Origin: Cirrosporium novae-zelandiae
Taxonomy: Eukaryota
DNA: 64,000 nt
Reading direction: 5' to 3'
Assembly: GCA_026023565.1 (NCBI GenBank)
Contig: JAPETS010000002.1
Span: 620,001-684,000 of the forward strand
Part shown: piece by piece, positions 1 through 11,900 of the stretch
Numbering within the stretch: the stretch's first letter is position 1
Layout of the letters: each line of letters starts with the position of its first letter
Program-made: the position numbers and the translations under genes
The notes under the pieces: model-generated
Seen by the model: the letters and a program-made list of their open reading frames with translations, nothing else
Database searches by the model: none
What the model was told of the DNA's origin: nothing

Positions 1-777
1 TATTTGCAAAAGTACGTAGGAGAGTAATCGGTTCTGTGTGAGGGCTGAACAGGTTGAACGGGGCGGGAGCTAGTGAGATCTGGAAATTGAAATATGATTA
101 CGCAAGGTTTCCGGAGAGGGGCGAAATTGAATATAGGAGAGTAGGAGAGTAGGAGAGGAGGGCGGGCAGCGGGGATTCAGGTCACAGTGCTTTCGAAAGT
201 AGATTGAATAATGATTAACAGAGGTAGGATGAAGGGAAATTCTGATGATTATGATGAGATGTTACAATGTGTTCCTCCATTCTTTTAGAGATTGAACGTA
301 TTGTCACTTCCGCCCGGGCTTGGCATTCAGCTGTGGGGTCCGAGTCCGAGTTTGATGACTTTAGATCTCTTTGTTCCTGCATAGTTCAACTTATCAACAT
401 GTACAGTACATATACAATTTGTCTATTAATTCAAAATGTTATTTCTGCTGATGTTTTAATATCCAATCATTAACTTGTCTCGGTAGTGAATGTCCTCCCT
501 CCCTTGGTTACGAATCTTGGTGTTGATGTCATGGATATTAAATGAATGCAGGTTGTGAAAGCTGGGTGAATGAATGTCGTGGACATTCCTGTCGTTCCTT
601 TATACGCATATAATTGCTTTCAGATCCTTAACTTAGTAATTTAATCATTCCATCTTTTCCTTCGTACCAAGATATTAAACTGAACTATTGCCATAACATA
701 TCTACTCGCTGAAAAGGTCTTCAAATTTGTTGTCCAGAGCTCTCTTCAACCAAGCTTTCTTCACCACCCAGAGCTAC

Positions 778-2553
778 ATGGATAACCACTTGAATAGCAT
801 CCGCATGAACATCAACAGCGTGGACAAGAAGAAGAGGAAGAAGATAGCCATTGTAGGCAGCGGCTGCTCAGGCCTAGCTGCCCTCTATTCGCTCCGGTCG
901 ACTTCCCATGAGGTTCATATATACGAATCAGCCGAACGGCTTGGGGGTCACGCCAATACCGTTGTAATCGAACGAGATGGCATAAAAATCCCCGTGGATA
1001 CTGGCTTTATCGTCTTGAATAATTTTACATACCGTAAGTCAGCACTGGCATCATCCTCTATTCCTCTTCACGCCTATCACCAGACGAAGACAAATCCAAC
1101 AAAACGTCTAAACAATGATCGAAAAAATTGGTAGCCTAGGTAATGCCTAGTAGTCTAAGCATTTAGTCAACTAACCTCGTTTGATAGCAAATTTCACTTC
1201 CTTCTTAAAAGAAGCAAATATCCCAACCGTCTCATCAGAAATGACATTCAGTGTCACTCGCGGTGGGGGTCAATTTGAATGGGCTGGCACGTCGATCAAT
1301 TCCATCTTTGCCCAGCGCTCTAACCTCCTTAAATTAAGCTTCTGGCGGATGATATTCGATATTATTCGCTTTAACCACTTTGCTGCGGATCTCCTTATTT
1401 CTAATGATAATGGGGAATATGTCAACCTCCCTAGTAACGTCAGCAGTCTTAAGGGTTCTTCCCTTACAGATGGCGGAGGTGAATCTATCGACGATTATCT
1501 TACCCGTGAGAATTACTCCGCTGCTTTTCGGGACGATTATCTGATCCCCATGACTGCAGCAATCTGGAGCACGCCACCTTCAGACTGTGCGCTTTCATTT
1601 CCCATCCTAACCCTCGTTCAGTTTATGTACAATCACCACCTTCTAAACACTATCACTCCGCGTCCGGAATGGCTGAGCATCACTGGTGGCTCATGTAAAT
1701 ATATCGAAGCTATCACGGCCTCGTTCCCCAAATCGCAACTATGTGTCCACATGAACACGAAAGTATCTTCTCTGCAGCCAATAACGGGCGGCTTAGTTAA
1801 TCTCTGGACCGACGGAGACCCAAGCCCAAAGAAGTTCGACCATGTGGTCCTAGCTGTACACGGGCCCCAGGCAGCAGATATCATGAAGGAGTACGGGACT
1901 GACGAGGAGAAGAAAATACTAGGGTATTTCAAAACGAGTAAGAATGTTGCAGTTTTACATTCTGATGAATCCGTGAGCAGTGTTTCCTAGGTCAGCCAAT
2001 ACGCAACTCACTTTATACCTAGTTACTTCCCCGTCGCAGACTTGCCCACGCCGCTTGGAACTCCACGTCGTATCCCGCCAGCTCAGCTGGCAGTGCAGTT
2101 TCTGTAACCTTTCATATGAACATCCTGCAAAGCCTCCCTTGCCCTCCTATCTTAGTAACCCTCAATCCACCTCACCCACCACGCCAGCGTCTTACTTATG
2201 GAGAGTATTCTTATGCCCACCCTCTTTATACTGCGGCCTCAATCCGAGCTCAGAGGTTACTTCCAAAGATACAGGGAACCAGAGGGGTCGCATATGCAGG
2301 TGCTTGGACAGGGTATGGATTTCATGAAGATGGGTGGACCAGTGGGTTGGAGGCTGCAAAAGCCTTAGGGGGGAGTGCTCCCGGAGGGAGGATAGTTAAT
2401 GCTAGGAAAATACGCGGGATAGCTCGAAAATCTGTATCAGAAATTCGATTCGGATATGTGCTCTTGGCTATTCAGTTCCTCATCACGATGCTGATATATG
2501 TGAACAGCCTTGTAGATGCAATGACCCCGGGCATCGATGTTAGGAAAACATGA
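778..2553 (+). CDS. FAD-dependent oxidoreductase, amine-oxidase-like / COG2907 family (UfaD-like); 3 exons: 778-1033, 1188-1972, 2023-2553
   Basis: Rossmann motif KIAIVGSGCSGLAA...E..RLGGHANT. VDTGFIVLNNFTY|PNF is restored by splicing intron 1034-1187. Intron 1973-2022 joins LHSDES|LLPRRRLAHAAWN. C-terminal AGAWTGYGFHEDG motif followed by a hydrophobic tail. The start could alternatively be ATG 805. Confidence 0.85.
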
Positions 2554-2942
2554 ACCGCTTGTAGAAAGCCTAAAATGGGTACGGCTGAGTATCATTATGC
2601 TGATTGTTTGATATGAGAATAGTAGTACTAGCCAGTCAGGGCTTTTTTTTCAAGCGGGTGATTAGAACCGACATAGAGGATAAAAATACCGGATAGCTCT
2701 CTCCTCAATCAATATTAGTTGTATGTTTATCTCGACTGCAACGTTGTAAAAAAAAACACGGGGGCTCATGAACTGAGATTTTCTTCAAGTGCAAGGAGTA
2801 TTAGACAAGTTTTTAGGTAAAATTCAACTCGCAGTCTCTATTTTTGGTCTTTCTCGGTTGATATGTGTTCTATGGTCTGTGAGAGATTTTCATATTTACT
2901 CTCTGTAGGGCGTGTTAACCTATACTACGGTTACGTATGAAG

Positions 2943-2973
2943 GTAGACTGAGGGTAGACTGAGAGTAGACTGA
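2943..2973. repeat. Short tandem repeat, GTAGACTGA core x3 with 11-bp period
   Basis: gtagactga at 2943, 2954 and 2965. Confidence 0.8.
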
Positions 2974-3833
2974 AGGAAAACAAATATTCCGTATATTTGC
3001 CAAGGTATACAACAGCTAAATTGAGCCTTGATGAATGATTGCATTTCCCTTCTAGGAGATTATTTCTTCATGCCGCGGCGGGTACCTGGATTTTAGGGTG
3101 GTGTTTATTTTCGTGCTGACAGGTCGTGTCAGAAAGTAGGGATCGTGAAAGATAGTTGATATTAACCTTCAAATTGTATCTGACTGCTGATAGAATTGCG
3201 ATAGACTATTTAGTCTTTTTTTCCAATTTGAGGTTGCATCCAGGGTACGGTAAATAGACATGAATGTGGAGGAGCTGCATCAACTATTCCTCTTTGGGAG
3301 TTCAACCTTTTCACTCTTACAACTTGTCAGGGCTATCATGTTCAAATAACCCCTTACCATCATCACCATACCGCCAACGAAAATAATAAATTTTCTTGAT
3401 ATCACACCTCTATCTTCAGAAATTTTATACTAAATTCTGACAGCACGGCTGGGTGGCCTCATGACTATTATCACACAGCTGACAACCCCTTGACTAAACC
3501 CCTGTTTAAAGAAAAGTAATGGATAATGATGCATCATCATCTTCAAATCTCTTAATTTCGATTTCATTTTCTCTGCAGTTAGTGCTAGGGTGTCGAGGAG
3601 TATCATCAGTTGCATCCAATTCATTACCATAGTCATCGTCACCATCCACACGTTGTCGGAAACAATACTATACTAATTCATAGAGCAATTCTTCAACCGT
3701 TGCATTTGAGCATATAAGTATGAAGCCTTTATTCTGTTCGACGTTTCTTCTCTTCAAGCGCCTATTTTTGCTTTCTTGCTACTGCTGTTGTCATTCCTTT
3801 ATTTAGGCCGTGTTTACCTACCTTCATCTGAAA

Positions 3834-6490
3834 ATGCGGAGCCTTCCTTTAGCCGCAGTTCTCCAGCTTCTATTCTTATTTGCATATGCTGTCCCACTTC
3901 TAAGGAGAGGAGACAACACCTCCGACTTATACCCCCCTATTCCATATGACCCTAGCTATCAGGATTATGTTCCCGATTTGAAGTATATTTTAATTTCATA
4001 TCGTACCAACGTTGACTTGATCTGATCTTATATCAACTAGGGGAGTACCTATTGCATATTTAAACGAATCATCAATTCCCACTAATGGGGCTATCCACCG
4101 AACGAACGCCTACAAGAACAAGACCATATCTGCTATCGTTGAGGCTTCCTGTTCTGGCCCGACCGCAAGCAACCCATCTACCTTCTGGTATGAATCTATT
4201 ACCCATAATGGAATATCCCCGTTTATCGACAACGGCGCGGATTGGAAGGTTTTCAGAAACGTGAAGACCGACTATGACGCTACCGGAGATGGTAGCACTG
4301 ATGATCGCAATGCGATCCAAAACGCCATCGATGGTAAGGCCGCTCGTCTATCCTTATGATAATGCTAATCGTATTTCTAGATGGAAACAGCTACACTGAC
4401 AGGACAGCAAACAAGCTTGGAACTACCGGTCAACCTGCTGCCATATACCTGCCTGCTGGCACGTATATAGTCAACGACCCCATACAGCTCTATGTCGGTA
4501 CTGTTCTCATAGGTGATCCTCTGAATCCTCCAGTTCTCAAGGCCGGTTCAAGCTTTAGTGGAGATACTTTAGTTTATGGAAAGGATCCGAACCAAGGATC
4601 AACTACAAATTTCTACCTTACTATCAAAAACTTGGAACTTAACTCACAAAACATTGATGGTGCTACTACTTTCACACTTTTAGATTGGAGCGTCAGTCAA
4701 GCTACCCAACTTACAAATGTTGTTTTCAACATGCCAAATTATTCTACCGGCCATACCGGTATTACAATGCCCGAGGGTGGAAGTGGCACCTACATGGGAG
4801 ATTTGACATTCTATGGTGGCGTGGTTGGTATTAATATGAACAACCAGCAATATATGATCAAGAACGCCCAGTTCATCGGTTGCACAACGGGTATTTATAT
4901 CACCCATTGTTACGATTGTGTTTTCCAAGGTTGCAGCTTCGAGAACGGCTATACTGCCATTGACATGACTCCCGGCAGCACCTATAATATTGGATCTGTG
5001 ATCGTTATGGATTCCACTGGCACCAACCTGGGCCGGTTTGTAAATACCCAAAAATCTGGAACTGGCGATCGCTCCCTAATTATTGAAAAAGTTGAGCTTG
5101 TCAATACTGAAGTTATGGTCACGGTCGAAGGTACTACTTATTTAGAGGGAAGTGTGTCCGAAACATGGATTATGGGTAATGCTGTAAGTTAAAAATGTTT
5201 TTTCTAGCAAATTCATAACTAACGAGGAATTAATAGTACGTGGCAGGAGGTTCCGACACTGGTGAATATCAATCCAGCACCACCTACACTACCGCTCGCT
5301 CGTCAGCTCTTCTCGATTCTAATGGCAAGTACTTCACCATGACTCCCCCAACCTACAGCGAATACGACGTCGACCAGTTCATAAACATCAAAGAAGTCGA
5401 CAGCTATCCAGTCTACGGGGATGGCTCTACTGATGATACCGATAATATTAACGCCATCCTTTCCTTATACGCTAATTGTAAAATTATTTTCTTCCCCGCT
5501 GGAACTTACATTGTAATGGACACCATCATTGTTCCCACCGGTTCCCGCATCGTCGGTGAAGTCTGGTCTGCCATCTCTGCCATCGGTGACAACTTTTACA
5601 ACCCTAGTGATCCCACTACCATGGTCCAAGTTGGCGAAGTTGGTGATGTAGGTGTTGCACAATTCTCAGACATTCTGTTTACAGTCGCCGACGTTCTACA
5701 AGGATGCACACTTCTCGAAATCAACATGGCAGGCAGCTCGCCTGGCGACGTCGGTTTTTGGAATACACATTTCCGTGTCGGTGGTGCTGCAGGGTCACTA
5801 GTTCAGACGAACTGTGGAGGAACGCCCGATGAGTGCAAAGCAGCCTTCGCATTGTTGCACCTAGGCTCAACATCATCAGCGTATATCGAAGACATGTGGG
5901 GCTGGACAGCAGACCACGATCTTGATGGCGGAAACAGCCAGACAATATCGGTCGGTCGCGGTGCTTACATAGAAGCCACTGCAGGCACCTGGCTCGTCGG
6001 AACAGCTTTTGAACACAACACGCTTTACCAGTACCAAATGACTAACGCCCAAAACATATATGCCGGTATGCAACAGTGCGAGACGCCATACTGGCAAGGA
6101 CCTGGTCAATCGGATGTTGCGCCCGCGCCTTGGACCCCGCTCACGGACGTCTGGGATGATCCGGACTTTAATAACTGTGCCGTTGGTGACGCAGAGTGCG
6201 GTATGGCATGGTTTGAACGCATTCATGATTCTTCGGACCTTTTTCTTTACGGGTCAGGATTTTGGACATTTTTCAATGATGGCAGTACGGATAACTGTAA
6301 CGGTAATACAGCGACTTGCCAGACAAACGCGGTCGCAACATGGGGCGAGGTAACCGGTTTGAATATGTTTGGTTTCAACACCAAGGCTAGCTTAAACATG
6401 CTCAGAAACTTTGGAGGGGCTCTCGTTACTCAAAATAACAACCCGGGGGGATGGGGAGGTATTGTCGCAGCCTTCTTGACAGATCTATAA
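3834..6490 (+). CDS. Secreted GH55-family exo-beta-1,3-glucanase-like protein (pectate-lyase-3 beta-helix); 4 exons: 3834-3982, 4041-4333, 4381-5183, 5237-6490
   Basis: Signal peptide MRSLPLAAVLQLLFLFAYA. Two beta-helix entry motifs (VFRNVKTDYDATGDGSTDD and YGDGSTDDT...IIFFPAGTYIV). Also WGWTADHDLD, GTAFEHNTLYQYQ and QCETPYWQ. Introns 3983-4040, 4334-4380 and 5184-5236 keep the frame. Confidence 0.9.
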
Positions 6491-7308
6491 GTCGTCAAGG
6501 GGTTTGGGTTATATCCAGGCTCACAAACGGCGCTTGGGTATACGATGCAAATGAACCAACGTGTGCAATATAGACGGAACTGTGAAAATAACTACAATTA
6601 CTTATTATTTCACTTTTTCATGTAGATAGCCCATATATATACAATATATGTGTGTGTATATCTTAGTGATAGTGAGAAGATAAATACATGTGGCTATTCC
6701 CAATTTGGTATAGTTATAATCTTAGTGATAATTAATAGCAAAATGGGAACCGAGGATTTAACGGCTTGGGATTGAACCACAATCATCCTGAATAGGATAG
6801 TTATGACATGTCCTCGAGTACAACTACATAGTGAACCTGCCAACAATCTAACCAGTAGTCTTCAACCTACACTCTAACCAAAACATCCAGACCCCCCAAA
6901 CCCAGTCAAGTGTTGAAGGTCTCACGATTAACCTTTCAGGCCCAGGATTGCTCAAGTTTGGCCTGTCTCGCGTTTATTAAAACCCAGCTTCGTGAGATGA
7001 AACCAGGGAAGATCATGTCTGTGGGTTTGCAACTGCAATAACTTGGCGACTAGATCTTTACGAAGAGTGAACTCCTATGAAATGTTTTTATCTTTTATTA
7101 CATTATGCTTTCTGGACCTTTTTCTCCCTAGTTTCTCTAAGTATATGTTTTCTTTATCCCCATCACCTTTTATATTCATTGTACTGTACAATATCTAGAA
7201 GAATTTCGTTTATTTCTTCATTATTTTTTCTTCTATTCCACTCGTTATATAGGATCTGGGATCTTATTCATTCATTTCTAAAATCAAGCGAAAACTGAAC
7301 TACCAATT

Positions 7309-8124
7309 ATGCCTTCTTTCTTCAAAATAACTGCACTTGCAGCCCTCGCGGCCCCCGTGGCCTACACTATGCCACTTTTCTCTCGCGCAACAGCTCAATC
7401 CTCTGAATACCTCTGCGGCATCTCCGACTCCGTAATCCTCTCTGACACACCCTGGATCGTCTACAACATGCTCTACAACTCGGCCTCGATGACCTCCAGT
7501 GATTCCCAATGCACCTACTACGACACCTGGGCCACCTCCTCCAGCGGCACCCAAACCGTAACCTGGGGCTCCGCAACCAATATCGAATACGTCGAGTCGA
7601 CGAATAATGTCCCTAAAGGCTACAGTTTCGTCGGCCTCACAACAAATCTGGAAAGCACAATCAATGCCATTGACAGTATCCCATCCACCTACGACTGGAC
7701 CCGCACAAACACTACCGCCTTCAAGGGTAACATTTGCTTCGACTTCATGACATCCGACACCAAAGGCGACTCCACATCTACTTCCGCCCATGAGCTCATG
7801 CTCTGGCTCCAGTACGAGGGTGGTCAGCTCCCCATTGGGTATACTGACGGTCCCGTTACCACCATCCAAAATCTCTTTGGCACATCATGGGATCTATACG
7901 AAGGTACCAACGAGGATAGTGGTATCACCGTTCATAGTATGTTGCCGACGACACAGTTTGATGGCAAGTTTGAGGGCGATCTTAAGGAGTGGCTTTTGAA
8001 ATTTGTGAACCTGGGTAGGTTCACCAAGAGTACATTTGTTAACGTGGGGAATGCGGGTACGGAATTCTTTTACGGTGATGCTGTTATGAATGCGACTCTT
8101 GCGCTCCAGATTGATTTAGCGTAG
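7309..8124 (+). CDS. Secreted GH12 endoglucanase/xyloglucanase, intronless
   Basis: Signal peptide; NVPKGYS; GH12 catalytic glutamates in HELMLWL and AGTEFF; 271 aa. Confidence 0.88.
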   Translation: MPSFFKITALAALAAPVAYTMPLFSRATAQSSEYLCGISDSVILSDTPWIVYNMLYNSASMTSSDSQCTYYDTWATSSSGTQTVTWGSATNIEYVESTNNVPKGYSFVGLTTNLESTINAIDSIPSTYDWTRTNTTAFKGNICFDFMTSDTKGDSTSTSAHELMLWLQYEGGQLPIGYTDGPVTTIQNLFGTSWDLYEGTNEDSGITVHSMLPTTQFDGKFEGDLKEWLLKFVNLGRFTKSTFVNVGNAGTEFFYGDAVMNATLALQIDLA

Positions 8125-8978
8125 ATGAATTGTTAGAATGTCATACTTATTTAGCCTCTTGACTACCTAAGTATTTACTCGTCGCTATGATGGGCTGGTC
8201 CATTTAATCATCCAAGAATATCAAGAACCAGAGTGAAGAAAAATGAAAGAATTTATGGAAATAGGCTCATAGATTTTCCATTCACCCCGCCAACACACCT
8301 CAGGGCTCACAATTAGCCGGTACCGCAAGGATGCCTTTCCTAAGCCAGTTGGAGGAGATATAGAAGGATCAATAAAAATATGAAACATTAACTCATGAAT
8401 CATGGATTCTTATGCTATGTATTGTTATTATGTAGATTGCTTCTAAGGATTAGGCAAAAGATATGTCGGTTTGTTCTGTTTGTCTTGTTTGTCATGTTTG
8501 TATGATTCTCGGGTCTCCCTTGGTTCTTGGGATTCGCTTAGATGGCAGAAAAGAGGAAGGCTCTTCAGAAAGTCCTTCACGCCAAACCAAATTTGTTAAG
8601 AGTCTCCTCGTCAATTCCCATCCAAGCTTCAAACCAGACCTTCCTGTCAACTTTATTTAATCCCCCCCAAATATTTCACAGGAGAGCGCGACGCGCAGCT
8701 TCTCTCAAACCTCCAATATTTTCGCTTCTTCCTGCCTGCCCACTGTGGCCATTCGGCTCATCTGCTAATTAAAGGATTCACAATATCAGGCTCCTGTTTG
8801 CACATTTTGCTCTCGGGCGCGCGTGATACTTAAAATTGCCTTACAAAGGGTGGCGTCTTCTCTACAACCTCAGTTCTTCCTTCGCTTTCCTCCTTCATTG
8901 AACGCATTGTGAGAGATAATCAGAGACGACGATATTTCGATGATCTTTCAATAATTATTCAAAGGCACTACCGATAAG

Positions 8979-11900
8979 ATGTCTTTCGGCTCAGGTACGG
9001 GATTCGGTGGCTTTGGTCAGAACAACCAAAGCTCAGGCTTTGGAGGATTTGGAGCAAATACAAATGCTGGTGGAGGTATGTTGAGCAGTCGTTGCCCTCA
9101 TTTGTCATATGTTTCTTTTTTGTATCCTTAAAATTCGGCGTGATACTTTTGTCGACCCTGAGACAGCGGGAACGCGGTCGAAGCTTCCAAATCGAACGAC
9201 TTCTGACATGACCTCCTACCTCTCTGTATTATAGGATTTAGCTCCTCAGGTTTTGGGAGCAACGGTAATAATAACAACAGCAATACCAGCGGAGGCCTCT
9301 TTGGCACCACACCAAGCGGGTTCGGTTCTACTGGAGGTATGTCATTTTCTCAATCTGAGATGGAGGTCTGTTGGTCGCGTATTCTCTAGGATACTCATCC
9401 GATGGTGTGAAGCTCATTGAATCTGGTATATATGCCATCTTCGAAACCGTCATACCAAACATGTTAAGGACGCCGTCATGTAACATTGGTACAACCTCTG
9501 CAACATATATTTTCTGGTCATTCTCCTAGGACTATTACAATTATTGCCTTTTCTTTTTATAGTTTTTTTCGATATCACTTGCACAATTGCTAACAGCTCT
9601 TACGCTTATAGGATTTGGGTCAAATGCCAATACCCAAACAACATCACTCTTTGGTAGTACTCCAAATAAGCCCTTCGGAACTACTACTACAACCTCAAGC
9701 GGGGGACTCTTCGGAAGTACAACGGCTACAACTGGAACTGGTACGGGCTTTGGCGGATTCGGCTCTAATACAAGTTCAACTGGCTTCGGAGCTAATGCTG
9801 GAAGCAACACCCTTTTCGGAAGTCAGAAAACGGGCTTTGGGACGGGAAACAATGCTTCTGGAGGTCTATTCGGAAGCGGCGGTGGGTTCGGTACAACTGG
9901 TACAACTGGTACAACTACATCTGGTACTGGTTTTGGCAGTGGAACTGCGTTAAGCACATCAGGAGTGCCGCCATGTGAGGGGACAGGCAGCACACCATTT
10001 TCTCCGTTCACAGATAAAGATGGGACGCCAGGAAGTCAAACAACCAATCATTATCAAAGTATATCTTGTATGCCTCCATATCAAAAGTACTCTTTTGAAG
10101 TATGTATAAATTCGTTCGTGTTGGTATGCGCTCGAGTACTAATGAATTTCACAGGAACTGAGACTTGCCGACTACACTCACGGTCGTCGATTTGGAAATT
10201 CCAATGGCCAGTCCGGTGCCTTTGGTCAGAGCACAGGCTTTGGCGGGTTTGGTTCTAACACTGGGACTGGGTTCAGCGGTGGAAGTGGCTTCGGAGCCAA
10301 TACCACTAGCACATCAACCTTTGGGGGTAACAACACGACTAGCGGATTTGGAAGTGGTGGCTTATTTTCTAATAACACCAACACCAGCACCAACAACGCT
10401 CAGAAACCTTCACTGTTTGGTAACACACCTGCAACAACTACCCCGCAAACAGGTGGAGGCATGTTCGGCACAAGCGGATCCGCTGGCTTTGGCACTGGTG
10501 GAACAGGCTTTGGCGGCGGAACGTCAGGTGGTCTTTTCGGCCAAAACAATCAAAACAATACGAACACCGCGAATAAAGGCTTTTCCTTTGGAGGAAATAC
10601 CCCAAGTACTGGTTTTGGCACTAATAATAACACGTCTGGAGGACTGTTTGGTGCTACTAACACTAGCACCCCCTTTGGAGGTACCCCACAGAACAATGCA
10701 AACACAAATACCTTTGGATCGTTTGGCCAAAATCAGAATCAACAAAATCAACAGAATCAAAACCAAGGCAGTTCTCTCTTTGGCGGAGGTGGATTCGGGG
10801 CCAACAACCAGCCGAGCTCTGGAGGACTCTTTGGTACTAAGCCAGCAACGTCTACTCCGAGCGGAGGTCTATTCGGCGGTACGAACAACCAAGGAAATAC
10901 CGGAAGTTCTTTGTTCGGTAACAATAATAATCAACAAAATCAGACCTCGAGTTTGTTCGGGAACAACCAACAAAAGCCTGGGGGGCTATTTGGAGGAACA
11001 CCTACAAATGCCAATGCTACCACTGGTGGCGGTCTCTTTGGATCTGGTTTCGGGAACAACAACAACAACCCAAACCAACAGAACCAGGGTTCAAGTCTGT
11101 TTGGAAACAACCAACAGAAGCCAGGAGGACTGTTCGGGGGTGCAGCAAGTGCCGGCACTGGGTCTAGCCTCTTTGGCAACAATAATACCAATACCAATAA
11201 CCAAGCCTCGCTCTTTGGTGCATCCACCACTCACAACCAAAATCAATCTAGCGGTCTTTTTGGTGGCAACTCTGGTACAAGTAATTTGTTCGGTAATTCC
11301 CAGCAGAATCAGCAATCGACCCCACAACAACAATCGAGCTTTTCGAGTTCGATAATTGACCCCAATGCTTATGGAACACAGTCGATTTTTGGAGTCCTAC
11401 AGTCGCCACCAGAGATTCCTGAGCCCATTGCCACTCCTCTGGCCGCAGCGAACAGACCTAAGAAGGCTGCTTTTGTTCCTTCGTATAAGCTTAATCCAAG
11501 TCAATCTTCACGGCTCCTTACTCCAGTGAAGCGGGGTTATGGTTTTAATTATTCTACTTATGGCACACCCGGAAGTTCGGGTAGTAGTACAAGCACTCCA
11601 GGAGGCCTCCATGGAAGTTTACTTGGCACCAACCTCGCAAAGAACCTCAACAAGAGTATGTCGATGAGTAGCCTACGGCGTTCCTTCACAGCTGAAAGTG
11701 ACAGTGTGCTTACGCCTGGAGCATTTTCCTCTTCTAATGTTCGTTACGGCTCTGGCTTGAAAAGATTGACTATCGATAGAAACTTGCGCCATGACTTGTT
11801 TAACCCAATGGGCACCCCAAATAATGGTACCGCGGACAAAGAGGAAACGCCAAAGACATCAAGCAAGCTCAAGAAAAAAGTCAGCTTTGATTCTACCCCA

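Noticed and set aside
3500..3660. Acidic minus-strand reading (VDGDDDYGNELDATDD...) as a gene or transposon relic
   Set aside because: About 50 codons, no start context or recognisable domain.
6760..6835. GGTTCAATCCC on the minus strand resembling a tRNA T-loop / B box
   Set aside because: The T-stem is mismatched, and no D-arm, anticodon arm or acceptor stem can be built.
9150..9210. CTGAGA in NUP98 intron 1 as a TPP riboswitch
   Set aside because: The remaining TPP aptamer core is missing and the host gene is unrelated to thiamine.
10165..11355. 396-aa alternative-frame ORF, and antisense ORFs over NUP98, GH12 (7300-7869), GYP5 (25323-26012), RVB1 (45029-45631) and ADAM (51002-51589)
   Set aside because: Shadow ORFs explained by the codon and repeat bias of the real overlapping genes; no motifs of their own.
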